64,000 nucleotides of DNA from Azolla caroliniana (lineage: Eukaryota; Plantae; Polypodiophyta), in the NCBI GenBank assembly GCA_043228905.1, contig JBHGNT010000003.1:434001-498000 (forward strand), written 5' to 3'. The notes under the pieces were generated by a model, which made no database searches, was not told the origin of the DNA, and worked only from the letters and a program-made list of their open reading frames with translations. Below are positions 24,756-39,500 of this stretch, one piece after another (positions within the stretch are counted from its first letter, which is position 1; the number at the start of each line of letters is the position of its first letter). Made by a program: the position numbers and the translations under genes.

Positions 24756-26879
24756 TTAATCTTCTCCTTCATGGATGGGTTTGAGGACGATGCGAGAGTG
24801 ATGGAGGAGGTGGAGGCTGAACTGCCCCCCCTTCTCGGAGACATCCACCTTATTGACGCCAGGTGGCGGTGCCATGCGAAACGTCTGCACGAGCCGTCCA
24901 ATGACCAAGGCCAGAATGGGCAGGGCCAATATGATGCCCGGGCAACTCCGTCGGCCCACACCGAATGGCAGGTATCGGAAGTCATTGCCATTGGCCTCCA
25001 CGTTTTTGCACTCCTCGAAGAAGCGCTCGGGCCGGAACTCATCGGGCTTGTCCCAGAGCTTGGGGTTGTTGGCCAGCCACCAGGCATTCACAAGCACTTT
25101 GCTCTCAGCAGGGATGTCATAGCCACCCAGCTTCTCCTGTTTGAGGTTCATGTGAGGCACGAGGAGCGGGATGGCCATGTGGTAACGGAGCGTCTCTTTC
25201 ACCACCGCCTGCAGGTACGGCAGCCGGCCCACATCCGGCTCCGACACTGCTTTGCCCTTCCCTAGAACTCTCTCCAGCTCCTCCCTCACCTTCTCTTGGA
25301 TCTTTGGGTGGTTCACGAGCTCCGCTATGCCCCACTCTATCGACCATAATGTCGTCTCCACGGCTATGTATGTACATCAACCATCAGATTATCAGATCCA
25401 AGACACGGACACAAAATTCAATTTCACATTGAAAAAAAGGAGATCGCCTGACACTTAATATCATCTTTCTTCTCCTTGATTAGCACTCAAATCAACACTC
25501 TATAATTACCTGCAACATTGATGTTCTCTATAATGTACAAGACGTTGTCCTCATTAATCTCGCCCCTCTCTTGGGCCTCGAGGATATGATCCAATGCACA
25601 TTTCTCTTCGTTGCTCAACGGGGTCTTCCTCTTCTTCAACATCTCCCTATAAATTAATAATCAAGATTTAATGTCCTTTTACAGCTACAATAATTATAAT
25701 AAGTAATCAGGATTTTAAACACACCCAATTTGCACCTATATTTACGATCCATTAAACCGTCTATGCCAGATAAGGTTTTAGGAGGAATTTCCAATAGTAC
25801 GTAATCATGAATGATATGATAACATTAGGCTTCTCCTATTAGTTGTAGTTCCTTTTACATCGATTGAAATCAAGGCAAAATATGAAATGAAATAATCGGC
25901 ATGATAGTTTGTGATCATAAATAATCATTAAACAAGCGTCAAATTAACGCCGGCCACCGCTAAGTACGACCATGAATTGAATTGTATTTTTTATAAGTGT
26001 AATGCAAAAATAAATAAATCGATCAAGTACTACTCACTTGTGTGGTTCCACGAATGCTTCTTTGAATAGGCCGAGCCGTTTGTCTTTAACCTCTTGGCAG
26101 CGTTTGAGGTAGCCGTTGAGGAATGGGCGGAGAATGGGTATGAAGTCACCGTAATTATACTCGAAGCTCTGTGCAAGTTGGCTCCGCTCGTTATTGAGCT
26201 GCTGGAGCTGAAGAAAGAGGGGGTCATCCAGGCTTGGGAATCGATGATGGAAAAGCATCCAGAACATATTGTTGTACATAAAGAGCTGTAGCCGGTGGCG
26301 GAGAACGATCCCGGAGGTGGCCGAATCAGGGTTAGACTTGACGTCTTGGATGATGGAGTCGATCTCCGCCTCCCAGGTGAGGTGATTCTGCTGGACTACT
26401 TTGTTGGTGAAGAAAGGGAGAGTCATGATGCGGCGCATGCGGCGCCAGTGGTCACCATAGACGGTGAACACCATGTCCTGGCCTTTGCCAGTGAAGATAT
26501 CGAAGACCACGTTCCGTGTCCTAGACCCGAACTCCACGCCTTGGGTGTGGAGCACCTCCCGGGCGAGCTCGGGGGACGACACCACCACGATGTTGCGTTG
26601 GCCCATGCGCAGCAGGAAGATGTCCCCGTAGCGCTGGGCCAGCTTGGCCAGGAGCCGTTGGTTGAGGTCGTCGCCCACCTGGAGCCAGTTACCGACCACC
26701 GGGAGGGGCCACGGGCCCGGAGGGAGCTTCAGGTGCCGGGAGGATCGGAGGAGCCACGAGGCGGCGGCCACGGCCAATAGGCCCATCACGATGGCCACGA
26801 GCCACGCATCGGTCCCACCGCCCATCCATTCTTTCGCCACATCGCCAAACCCGCCGAGTACGGCTACTACCACAGCCAT
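24756..26879 (-). CDS. C4H: Cinnamate 4-hydroxylase (CYP73A), 528 aa. Exons 26038-26879, 25510-25646, 24756-25363
   Basis: [59 protein letters not shown], heme motif [11 protein letters not shown]; splice phases consistent. Confidence 0.97.
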
Positions 26880-27504
26880 GCGATTATCAATCACTAAGGA
26901 TGGGAGAGACAGCGAGAGAGAGAGATATTAATCACGTGATGATTGGAGCCCTAATTCAAATCTTGGAGGTACCGACCAGAATTTTGATGTTCTGTTCTCT
27001 TCTGTTTAAATATGATAGAACTTGTTTATTATTCTTGGTTGGTTAGAACTTAGAACGAACAAATCTTTCACCCTAAGAAGACAGAACTTTAGTTACGGCG
27101 GACAAGAGAAAGAAAAAAGAAGATGCTAAACATGGAGGGGCATAAAAAAGGGGGGGGGGGGGGGGGCAGCTGCAGCAGGAGGAGAAAGGAGAAGCAGAAG
27201 GGGGAGAATCTGATGATCAAATCAAAATCAGAAGAAGATCGTTGTTCGATTCCATCTAATAATTCTAGCACCTCACTTTACAATGAGCCTATTACATTCA
27301 TACTGATACTTCTATGGCTTATTGAATTATATACTTTTAAACTTGCTTCAGAACTATATATATATATATATATATACAGACAAAAAGAGAAAGGCAGAAT
27401 CAGAAACGATGGGCGCCCATAAATCACACTCATCTCGTCTCGTGTGTGTGTGTGTTTCTGTGTGGAGACGCTGGAATTGGACCGGCCCCAACCCTCCCGG
27501 TGCG

Positions 27505-27540
27505 TTGACCCAGTCAAGGCCCCAAGCTTGACCCGGTCAA
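27505..27540. promoter_or_regulatory. Cluster of four W-boxes arranged as two palindromes upstream of C4H
   Basis: TTGACCcAGTCAA (27505-27517) and TTGACCcGGTCAA (27528-27540), 130-165 bp upstream of a (TA)n TATA-like tract at ~27356-27375. Confidence 0.6.
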
Positions 27541-28749
27541 CGCTCATTTCACGCAATCCTTCCATGTTGCACATGCATGCATGACTGACTTATGGCAATG
27601 GCACTCTCTCCCTCATGTCTGTCACGCCTTCTGTCTTCCTCCTCACTTTCCTCGCACCCTCACACATCCATATTCTCTCTTACCATATCCATATCCATAT
27701 AAACCTATATACATACCTCTAGTGGTGGTGATGGTGATGGCTCAACAAATCCCACTCTTTCTCCCAAGTTAGAACCAAAATGAAACAATGATCCGTTTGT
27801 CCACGGTTTTCCCGATTTCCTTGTGTTGTATACCAGAGGCCCACGAGTACCCTCCGCACAACAAGCTATATATATTCTAATTTCCTATTTGGCAAGGTTG
27901 GAATTGTCACAAGTCTTCTTTAGCCTTCAATGAATGAGGGGGTTGAGTCAACCTCTTTTAAACCCTACGTATACAAAGCTAAGGATTAACCTTGTCCATG
28001 GAGATTAATAACATCACAGAATCAACAAGAAATAGTAGATGTTTTAAATCATAGTCTTGCATACCATTCCAATTAGGATAGACTTGTTGGAAAGTGGATC
28101 CAAATCCTTCTTAATAGATGAAAAATGGAACTTTGAAGGAAGCATTGCGTACACTATTTTGGCATGAGCTTCACTTTTCACCTAATAAAAGGGAGACTTT
28201 TGGTTGGGATTAATTTGAGCCTCAAACTCTTACACTCATGAGAAAACCATTTTATCCCAAAGGCCTTCTCACAATCTATGAGGAGGGTAACGGTCAATCT
28301 CATTGAAAAGTAGTGTGTGATAATGCTTTAAGCGAAGGCATTAGGTAAATTAGGCACGAGAAGGCATTAGATAGATTAGGTTGCAGTGCTCCGACAATAT
28401 TCCATTCATAAAGTAATGTTAAGTATAAACTAAATAACTACACGAGTACTAATGTTTGTGTGATGCTTGGAAGCGGAAGTGCATGTTCAATTATGGGTTA
28501 ATATTGGCTAATTCATAAAAAATCCAACATTTTCTAGATAGTTTGTTATTCCTGATAAGTTAAAGATATTTTTAACGATCATGGGACTTAAGTACACAAG
28601 TTTTGTTGATGTGCATCTCCTTCCTAAGAAGAATTATTCATACTTCGAAGAACAAAGTCTAAACATGTGAATACGACACACATATACGATCTCAACTTTC
28701 TATGTGTGCACTTTAGTGTGACACTCAACTCATCACCCCCTCTCAATAT

Positions 28750-29400
28750 GGCATCGTCATAGCTTCTACAAATCGCACTATATGCTCAACATGTAAAAAT
28801 GAGAAAATATATTGTTTTGTAGCCTTATCAATATTTAAACCTTTCACCTTTTTGTTCAAATGGATAACCATTACTATGTGAACTACATGCCAAATGCATG
28901 ATTCCACAAAACTCAGCAATGTCCAAATCAACATTGTTAATTGCATCTCTAGATTGACATGTATTTTCAACCCCTTTAGGTGTTGAACGATCGTCAAACT
29001 CGTTGATATGGGTGGTGATCGAATCAGTCAAACTCAACAATAGAACTTATCCGATGTGGTGCTCTTTTCATACATGTCATGCAACTTCCACCACAAATCC
29101 TTGGCAAATTCACAATCCCAAGCAAAGAAGTATATGATATTGACAATATGCAATTAGATAATCATTCATCAATTATGTTGGAAGGTCTCCTCTCGCCAAT
29201 TGGCCTCCTCTTTTGCCTTTGGATAAGAATGTTGTGCATTGGATCTTTCCAAAGAGTGAAGTTGGTTCGTTCAACTACTTGACCTATGAACCTTCTTTTC
29301 CACGAGGTGTTTAAGTCCCATTGGGAGCTCCTAATATACTATGAGTTGTTTGATGGGAGTGTGCGTTGACAGTGATGATGTGGGCTACCATAATGGTTAA
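28750..29400 (-). mobile_element. Degenerate Copia gag (UBN2-like) relic
   Basis: DCEFAKDLWWKLHDMYEKS and SITTHINEF resemble Copia gag motifs, with frameshifts and stops. Confidence 0.45.
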
Positions 29401-29867
29401 ACACCTTAGGCTACCCTCCGTTTTGAGCTCAAGGGGAATAAACAAAACTCAATCTCATCTTCCGCTTGACATTACAACAAAATAAATATTGAGCTTGAAT
29501 GGGTATGTTTGAGATAACAAACTCAACTGTGCACATCTTGTGAGTGAATATACACTACGCAAGGCATGTTCATGCATAAGCCCACCATAATTTGGCTTAA
29601 TGAATGGAAGATATCTTTGCATGAATGGGGTACGTTGAATATCCGATTCACTATTCCATCATTACTCGGTTGATCTTATCTTCCTCACTATCCCATCACT
29701 ACTCAATTGATCTTATCTTCTCTATGTACATGCAAATAAGTTTTTTGTAAACAAAGCCCATGCTCTTGTCTAAAGTCTTGACAATATACCTTATTGGCAT
29801 TTTTATTAAGATTACTTATCTCGCTATAATCTTCTCCCATTATGTTGATACAAGTTATAAACATTGA

Positions 29868-29898
<31 letters not shown>

Positions 29899-30526
29899 TC
29901 TCATTTACTCTATTACGGTGATGAGGTGCAAACACAATAGTGAGAAACTATCATCATACATATTCTTGTCGAGATTTAAGCCAACATCCAACGCTTAACA
30001 TTTCATGATCCACACTTGGCAACATCCTAAGCTACTTATGAAAACAAAGTGACTTATGTAGCCTAATAAATAATAAACAAGTGCAATTGAAATGCAATTG
30101 AGGATTTTGGCATGTGTCAGGCACTCAACAAATCGAGAACCCAATTATTAACTTTTGGGTTGTGTGCCACCAGGTTAGTGTGATAGAATGAATTCTAGTT
30201 CTCCACAGTAAATGGCTTATGTGGCCTGACAAAGCGGGAGCTTGGGTTAGGCCCCGTTTCATAGATCACAATGGGTCTACGCCGACATTAAAATGATATA
30301 TCTATCTATCTAACATTACATTTTGAAGCTTCCAAGTTCCATGTGAAACCCAACCTTTAAAAGTTAAAACCAAAACATTTGAAAAAATGAAGCTTCAAAA
30401 TTTGTTCCCCTTTTATGCAGTGTGCGTGCTTTTTTTGCTTTTCAAAAAGCCTCGAAAGGAAAACAGACAGAGGAGAGAAGGCACTGAGTAGTTCCTCTCT
30501 TTCGCTGGCAAGGGTCTCTGCTGAAA

Positions 30527-33500
30527 ATGAGCTCTTCTGCAGAAGACGAGGATGGTGACGCTCTGGAGCTCATCTGTCTCCTAGATAATGTTCAAGGTCT
30601 CGTCGATGCTCTCTCTTGCGTTCGGTGGAAAAGGCAACAGGTAAGCTTATTCTTTCATCATAATTTCTTCTTCTTCTTCTTCTTCATCCCTCCCTTCCTT
30701 TCTTCTGCCGTCTTCCTTTTTTATCCCTTCATCTTTACAGAAAGTTACGTGATCGTCCGTTTTTTTATAACATTCTTTTGTTTACTGATGAATTCCTTTA
30801 TTTGATGATTTCTTTCTTTTTTCTGTTTCCTCTCATATCTTGTTCTTGGATGCTTTATTCAATGTGATTTTTTTAGTTTATTTCTCGACGGGTTGTCTTC
30901 CGATAGTTTCTTAATAAACTTTGATTCGGGTAGATTTCCTTTTTATTATGCTTTAATAAAACTTTGTTATGTATACTTCTTGGCGCAGTCTCTTTGTAAT
31001 GGATACATTTCTACATTTCTGTTAATTTTTCAAAATAATCTTCCTCACAGAGAAACAAGTTTTTTATTCAAATCCCTTGTTAATCGAGATGAAAATTCCT
31101 GATTTGTTGCACGAATCGCCAATATTTATTTCTTGAAAGTTTTTTTTTTGTGTGTAAGTGGACGTTCGCAACTCTTCTTTGGTTTTCTGATGACTTCCTT
31201 TCTTTTATGCAATAACACCACCTTCTTTTCTCTTAATTTCTCGAAAGCATAATTTTCTAATTTGACTATTGTTAAACTTTATTCTCTGTTTAATTCTCAA
31301 AAGAATCGTTTTGTTCCACATAGAAAGGCATATTATTGTACTTTTATTTTTCTGTTTCCTGATGTATGATGCTCTAATCATGACTTGTTTTTGTTTTAAT
31401 TACTGAACAAAACCACTTTTGTCATTCTACGGCTTCAATCAAACCTAAATCAAGAGATTATGTGGTGATATGGATGAAAACCATGCTAGTTAAGTACTCG
31501 ATTAAATCCATTCCGTGTATTAATCATGTTATTGTTGTGAAGAAATCTTGCATATGTGTTAATAATGCTATAAAATCTTGTATATTTGTGAAATCTTTCA
31601 TAATTGATATTCATGCTATGAAATTTGGGATGTTGCAGAATGTGCAACACTCCATTCTTGAGCTTTATGAACTGTACTAAGTCATGAATTCTAGTAGAAT
31701 AGAAAAGAATAACCACTGTATGTTATATTAAGGATGCACAGATATCATTCTGTGTAATTATGGTGAAATTTTGTTTTTTATACAATTGTGACAGCTTCTA
31801 AGAATGATTTTTCTCAAAAGGTGAATGTATTGTTAGGATGCAATCTGTGAAGTTTCTGAGCATGGAGTTGTCATAATGGTTGAGGAATGGAGTTGCCTCC
31901 AAGCACGTGTTTACTTCCGCAAAGAGGTTACTCTAATTATTTGTTTATTGATTGATTTAAAAACTAGAATTAAAGAGAAAGAAAATGTTAGAGACTTATC
32001 ATGGGGCACATCAGAATATTTCTAATATAAACAAGAAAGAATACTACTATTAACATAAACACAAACACAAACACTTCGAACCCCTTAAACAAGAAATATT
32101 GTTTGTTGTAAGATAAAAACTATTTCCCATAGCTAAAAGAAAATACTTCTAAGATAAACAAAGTGCATCTAATGGAAACAAGAATTTTCCTAGGCACATA
32201 AGAACACTTCTAACATAAACTAGAAGGAATACGTCTACCATCAACAAGAGAGAATACATCTAACAAAAATTCTAATTGGTTAAGAAAGTGACTGAAAATT
32301 TTCTCTTCATGAAGTATTATTCGGAGCTGAGGGAGAATCCAATGGTATGTACATACAGCTTTTCCGAGAGTACATGTATCAAGCTGAAGTGCGACCAAGG
32401 TTCGGGGTTAGTTTAGGTTTGCTTGTTGACAGTTTAAGCACCTTCACATCTTCTGCTGGTACCACAGCACTTGAGATTCGATATCCTGGCTCTGACATGC
32501 AACTACTTCTAAAGTAAGATTTTTTCCTTTGTGCCTATGATTGTGAAATTGTGTGCCAGGGTTTCTGTGCTTCTTTTCGCGTCACATATGCACAATATTC
32601 TTTGATTTTGATCATCTCAATTTTTGACAAATATTTTTTCTTCTCAGTTTAATCTCAAGTAAACTTTGCGTTTTGTGAATTTAAAGACCAAGGTTGAATT
32701 CAGAAATCCCAACAAGTTGCCTTTAAATCTCTGATAATGCAGTCTAATTCATAATCCTCACTAATGCTTCATCTGAGACACAACTTATCATGCCAAAAAA
32801 GTAACGCAAGTTTCATTTGAGTCTCAAGCTATCATGTTTAAAAGTAAGGTGAATGTTCTCAGTCGGTGTTACAGGGTTCACTAATGGCGAATAAATTCAT
32901 CATAAAACAGGGACAAAAGAAAGAATTCTTCACAAGACTATGCTACTCATGTTTTTTTGATAGCATCGGTTTACTGGCTTCCTCGACAACTTCCTGCCAA
33001 TATTTAGGGAACATGTTGAATGTGCTTCTGTAAAGAATATTTTCAACTAAAGTGTGGCAAGTGTCATGAATCACATTAGCATAGAAGTAAAGTTGTTGTA
33101 ATAGACTTCTACTCTTAGAATCTTTCCCTCACTTTCTGGGTTTCGTGCAGGTTAATTGATGCAAATGAGACATCGATTTATGCAGAAATAAGAACAAGGA
33201 TCCCAGACAGTACTCCTAGGGATTTCAACATTGAAGATGAACATGATGTAATGCCCCAAAGTTTTGCTGTCAAGGTGATAATATACAGTTTCAGCTAGTT
33301 GTATTTTCTACATCGTGCGGATGTGAAAAATATCAAACCGGACTATAAATTTGCAGACCACTGAATTGATCTATAATATGGAAGGCCTCCAAAGTACCCA
33401 TGATTTTTTCTCTCTCCCCCCAAATGCCCTTAGTTAAACCTATTTCAAGCAATTATATGGTCAATTCATCCCCTTTTTCTCTCTTTTGATGATTGACCTC

Positions 33501-35304
33501 AAGGGTATTTCCAGAGTTTTGGCCTTTATAGTAATTAGAATGTATTTTTCTTTATCTTTCTTTTGCAGACAGCCGCTTTGAAGGAAGTTATTGATGACCT
33601 TGAATGGCCAGGATCAAGTGTCCAAATCACTATATGCCCAGATCCACCTAGTGTTATATTTAGAGCTGAGGGCCATGGTGATCTACAGGTTAGTGAACTA
33701 TCCGTTTCATATGTGGATACATAAGTTAAATACTGTGGATCTTCACGCTTCCAAATTCTGAGCCTTATAAACTGCTCATGCTACTTATATGGAAGAGATT
33801 TAGCTTTTGTAAATGGTGTTTTGGTTTATTGATAGAGATGTTAACATTTTCTTCTTGCTGGTGAATTGTCAAGATTCTGGGCTAAGATCCCTAGATGGTT
33901 CTTTTTATCAAGTAATCTATAAATATTTACATGAAACATGACTGATTATTACCTTCCCAGAAATGGTGTTGATTTAACGAAGACTGCTTTTTATAAATAT
34001 CTTGCATAGAGATCATTCTTAAAACAGCTAGATTCTTGCCAAATATAAACTTTTTTTTTCCATGTTTTCATCATATATACAAAAATCTTCTAGCTTTCAG
34101 GTTACACTCCTGTCTTGGAACAAGCTATAGACTATTCTTTGGGTCTGTGAAGTGTCTTTTCGTCAGTTTATGTCAAGCAAGAACTTTTGTTTCTGATCTT
34201 GGAATGTGTAATAATTGTAAAGGAGTTGACCATCTAATGTGCCATCTAGTTGCTATAATACAAGCCAATTTTAGACAGTTCGAAGTACATTTCAACTGGA
34301 TATTAGATAGCTTCTGTTTGCATTGCAAGGTATGGACTCCAATATGCAGTTTGACGTTAATCTGATTATAGAATTCTGTCATATATAGTTAAAATCCTCG
34401 TAAGATTGTCCACAAGATGCACTCTAAAAATATTTGAGCTTGATATTCCCTTTATATATGAAAAACTACTGGTAATGTTTAAATATTACTTTTTGAAGGT
34501 AAAACAATATACTTCTGACTTGAAGGGGCATAAAGTATAGAAAGTTTTGTAATAGTTCCCAAGCTACTTTGAAATGGGTGGTTTACAAACCTACCATATA
34601 AGGATTCTGGAAGAGAATTGATCAAAATGAGTTGTAGCTCTGTAAATTGATTCCATTCTGACCATAACATTTCTTTTGTGTTTTGTAATGTAACAGATCG
34701 ATTTATTATATAATGCACAAGCAGACCTTTTCATTGCCTTCCAATGCAACAACCACATCTCACATAAGTGAGCTTCCATGTCTAGTTTTCTGCATCTTAG
34801 CCTCAAGTGAACCTTTTTGTTTTAAAATGTATTTTGGGGAAAACTCTGTAATATTCTGGAGTTTGGTTTATCGCCTGAAATACCTCTAGGTTTCAGTTAT
34901 TTCCCCAAACGCCATTGTCAACCCCTTCTGAGCAATTATCTGCTGTTTGATCAATGGTGTTTGGGAAAATAATGATAACTTAAGGGCATTTGCAGACAGT
35001 TTCCTTTAAAACATTATGCTTACAAACCCACTTTCCTCTTGCTTCCCGCATTCCCTACAGATACAAATACAAGTTCCTGAGAGCAACAACTGCCAACATT
35101 CCTGGGAATATACTGAAGGATAATCGGGGGAGCAAGCTAACTATGGGAGGTTCCGGATTGCTGAAGGTTCAGCATTTAATCCCTGTGAAACTAACACATG
35201 CACAACAACAGCAAATGGATCCTGGGAACAATATGCAGCAGGGTCGTGTCTCTTATATTGAATTCTATGTAATGCCAGAAGAAGAGGGAGACACAGATGC
35301 CTAG
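30527..35304 (+). CDS. RAD1: Checkpoint clamp (9-1-1) subunit RAD1, 305 aa. Exons 30527-30640, 31837-31926, 32359-32513, 33151-33274, 33569-33688, 34697-34767, 35061-35304
   Basis: LDNVQGLVDALS.VRWKR, SEHG..VEE..CLQARVY, RPRFGVSLGLLVD, YAEIRTRIPD, DDLEWPGSS, YKYKFLRATT, GLLKVQHL; GT-AG introns, frame preserved. Confidence 0.93.
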
Positions 35305-36562
35305 GGTCAGGTTGAATTAATTTGTCCATTTTCTTGGAAACCTGATGATGCTTCTATTATTTGGAATTTGTTCGCCTTAAACAATTAATTAATTTCTTCA
35401 TTAGATGTGTCATCATGGATGTTGACTTGTAAGTATATATATGGTGCCAGAAAATGCGATGCTTTTGAGAATATCAAAGTAGTTATCTTACTCAAAATGT
35501 TTGAAAACTCGTCTCTTGTTTAACCTATTATATGTGATAATGTTGTATCATTTGATAATCTTGTATATTTTATACTAAAAAATATATGTTTGATCTACTG
35601 ACTTGTTAGTAGTGGTAAAGGCTATATGTCTGATTGTCTTCTCATATTTTATCTAATTTGGGTGTATCCTTGTAAATAGGGTTTCTGGTGACATAATCTT
35701 CCCAAAATCATGGAAAACATATATCAATCTGACAATTTTGTCTAAGCTTGTGATCTGATTAACAAATTTGTATGTGGGAGCTTTTGTATGGCACAACTTA
35801 AAACATATCTCAAATTTGACAAGGAACCACTTAACCAAATTGAATATTTTCTCAAAGGAGACCTTCAAACATATGTGCATAGGAGGTGAGGTTTACACCA
35901 TCATCCATATGTACACATTTACATACAAGTATGTAATGGTGCAAGGACAAGGAAAAATCGTGATTACTTTACCAAACTTGATGCCATGATTTTTTTCAAG
36001 TGAGCATGCAGGCATGTGAAGGCTGCAGTTCAGGTCACCAAAGAAAGGGAACATTATGGAACGTCATTATGGTGTTTCTTTGCAAATTGGATGCTATTTG
36101 AGCTTTACTTAAGCTACAATCCTATTCTATGAACAGTTTTTTGCCCATGAGGTATTAACCAACTTTTTTCTCTAGAGTGATTTCCTAGTTGATTTACTAT
36201 TATAAATCTAGAACACTCCCCTTGCTCGATTTGTTGTGCATTGTTCATATGAGTTAGAAACAGACTAAAATTTGTTTGTCATTTTAAAATATACAAAAGA
36301 CATCATTAAATAATCAGGTTGTAATGGAAGTGATTTCATTGCTTTAAAACTTTACTTATCTATGTAATGTGATATCATCATATCTGCATTGTTTTTAGCT
36401 TCAAAACAGTGCTGGTAATCCAGTTGTAGAGTAAGTGACTTCATTGATTAAAAAGTTTAACCTATGTATGTAATATAATGTCTTTGTATCTGCACTGTGC
36501 TACGCTACAAAGATGTGCATTAACTTTGGCCACATGCAGGTATTGCATCTATCTTTCGCAAT

Positions 36563-39500
36563 CATATTATATATAATAAGTCCATACGGGGCTTAGAATT
36601 ATGTATAGATTTTGATGAATGATTTTATGGAACTCTCAGGTTGTAGCTGCATGTGCATATAATATTTTAATAGTATATAATTATTCTTGATTCTATGAAA
36701 GTTAATTGCTACAAAATGTTGGGAGTCTGGACATCACTCTTTGCAGCGGTCTTCTGCAAAAGCTACTAACATAATTGCCCTTTCTCTTCTTGGGTTAAAT
36801 ATATCCATCAATCAGAGGCCGATTCCTCGTTTTGGATATGCATGCCGTTTACAGTCTTCAAGTAAATCTACAAAGATAATGAATTACTCCATATTATATA
36901 TAATAAATCTATACGGGGCTTAGAATTATGTCTAGATTTTGATGAATGATTTTATGGAACTCTCAGGTTGTAGCTGCATTTGCATATAATATTTTAATAG
37001 TATATAATCATTCTTGATTCTATGAAAGTTAATTGCTACAAAATGTTTGGAGTCTGGACATCACTCTTTGCAGCGGTCTTCTGCAAAAGCTACAAACATA
37101 ATTGCCCTTTCTCTTCTTGGGTTAAATATATCTATCAATCAGAGGCTGATTCCTCCTTTTGGATATGCATGCCGTTTACAGTCTTCGAGTAAATCTACAA
37201 AGATAATGAATTACTCCATATTATATATAATAAATCCATACGGGGCTTAGAATTATGTCTAGATTTTGATGAATTATTTTATGGAACTCTCAGGTTGTAG
37301 CTGCATTTGCATATAATATTTTAATAGTATATAATCATTCTTGATTCTATGAAAGTTAATTGCTACAAAATGTTTGGAGTCTGGACATCACTCTTTGCAG
37401 CGGTCTTCTGCAAAAGCTACAAACATAATTGCCCTTTCTCTTCTTGGGTTAAATATATCCATCAATCAGAGGCCGATTCCTCGTTTTGATATGCATGCCG
37501 TTTACAGTCTTCGAGTAAATCTACAAAGATAATGAATTACTCCATATTATATATAATAAATCCATACGGGGCTTAGAATTATGTCTAGATTTTGATGAAT
37601 GATTTTATGGAACTTTCAGGTTGTAGCTGCATTTGCATATAATATTTTAATAGTATATAATCATTCTTGATTCTATGAAAGTTAATTGCTACAAAATGTT
37701 TGGAGTCTGGACATCATTCTTTGCAGCGGTCTTCTGCAAAAGCTACAAACATAATTGCCCTTTCTCTTCTTGGGTTAAATATATCCATCAATCAGAGGCC
37801 GATTCCTCGTTTTGATATGCATGCCGTTTACAGTCTTCAAGTAAATCTACAAAGATAATGAATTACTCCATATTATATATAATAAATCCATACGGGGCTT
37901 AGAATTATGTCTAGATTTTGATGAATGATTTTATGGAACTTTCAGGTTGTAGCTGCATTTGCATATAATATTTTAATAGTATATAATCATTCTTGATTCT
38001 ATGAAAGTTAATTGCTACAAAATGTTTGGAGTCTGGACATCACTCTTTGCAGCGGTCTTCTGCAAAAGCTACAAACATAATTGCCCTTTCTCTTCTTGGG
38101 TTAAATATATCCATCAATCAGAGGCCGATTCCTCGTTTTGATATGCATGCCATTTACAGTCTTCAAGTAAATCTACAAAGATAATGAATTACTCCATATT
38201 ATATATAATAAATCCATACGGGGCTTAGAATTATGTCTAGATTTTGATGAATGATTTTATGGAACTTTCAGGTTGTAGCTGCATTTGCATATAATATTTT
38301 AATAGTATATAATCATTCTTGATTCTATGAAAGTTAATTGCTACAAAATGTTTGGAGTCTGGACATCACTCTTTGCAGCGGTCTTCTGCAAAAGCTACAA
38401 ACATAATTGCCCTTTCTCTTCTTGGGTTAAATATATCCATCAATCAGAGGCCGATTCCTCGTTTTGATATGCATGCCGTTTACAGTCTTCAAGTAAATCT
38501 ACAAAGATAATGAATTACTCCATATTATATATAATAAATCCATACGGGGCTTAGAATTATGTCTAGATTTTGATGAATGATTTTATGGAACTCTCAGGTT
38601 GTAGCTGCATTTGCATATAATATTTTAATAGTATATAATCATTCTTGATTCTATGAAAGTTAATTGCTACAAAATGTTTGGAGTCTGGACATCACTCTTT
38701 GCAGCGGTCTTCTGCAAAAGCTACAAACATAATTGCCCTTTCTCTTCTTGGGTTAAATATATCCATCAATCAGAGGCCGATTCCTCGTTTTGATATGCAT
38801 GCCGTTTACAGTCTTCGAGTAAATCTACAAAGATAATGAATTACTCCATATTATATATAATAAATCCATACGGGGCTTAGAATTATGTCTAGATTTTGAT
38901 GAATGATTTTATGGAACTTTCAGGTTGTAGCTGCATTTGCATATAATATTTTAATAGTATATAATCATTCTTGATTCTATGAAAGTTAATTGATACAAAA
39001 TGTTGGGAGTCTGGACATCACTCTTTGCAGCGGTCTTCTGCAAAAGCTACAAACATAATTGCCCTTTCTCTTCTTGGGTTAAATATATCCATCAATCAGA
39101 GGTCGATTCCTCGTTTTGGATATGCATGCCGTTTACAGTCTTCAAGTAAATCTACAAAGATAATGAATTACTCTATATTATATATAATAAATCCTTACAG
39201 GGCTTAGAATTATGTCTAGATTTTGATGAATGATTTTATGGAACTCTCAGGTTGTAGCTGCATTTGCATATAATATTTTAATAGTATATAATCATTCTTG
39301 ATTCTATGAAAGTTAATTGCTACAAAATGTTTGGAGTCTGGACATCACTCTTTGCAGCGGTCTTCTGCAAAAGCTACAAACATAATTGCCCTTTCTCTTC
39401 TTGGGTTAAATATATCCATCAATCAGAGGCCGATTCCTCGTTTTGGATATGCATGCTGTTTACAGTCTTCGAGTAAATCTACAAAGATAATGAATTACTA

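Noticed and set aside
24729-26931. Long + strand ORFs (178 aa and 161 aa) overlapping C4H
   Set aside because: Antisense shadows of GC-rich codons.
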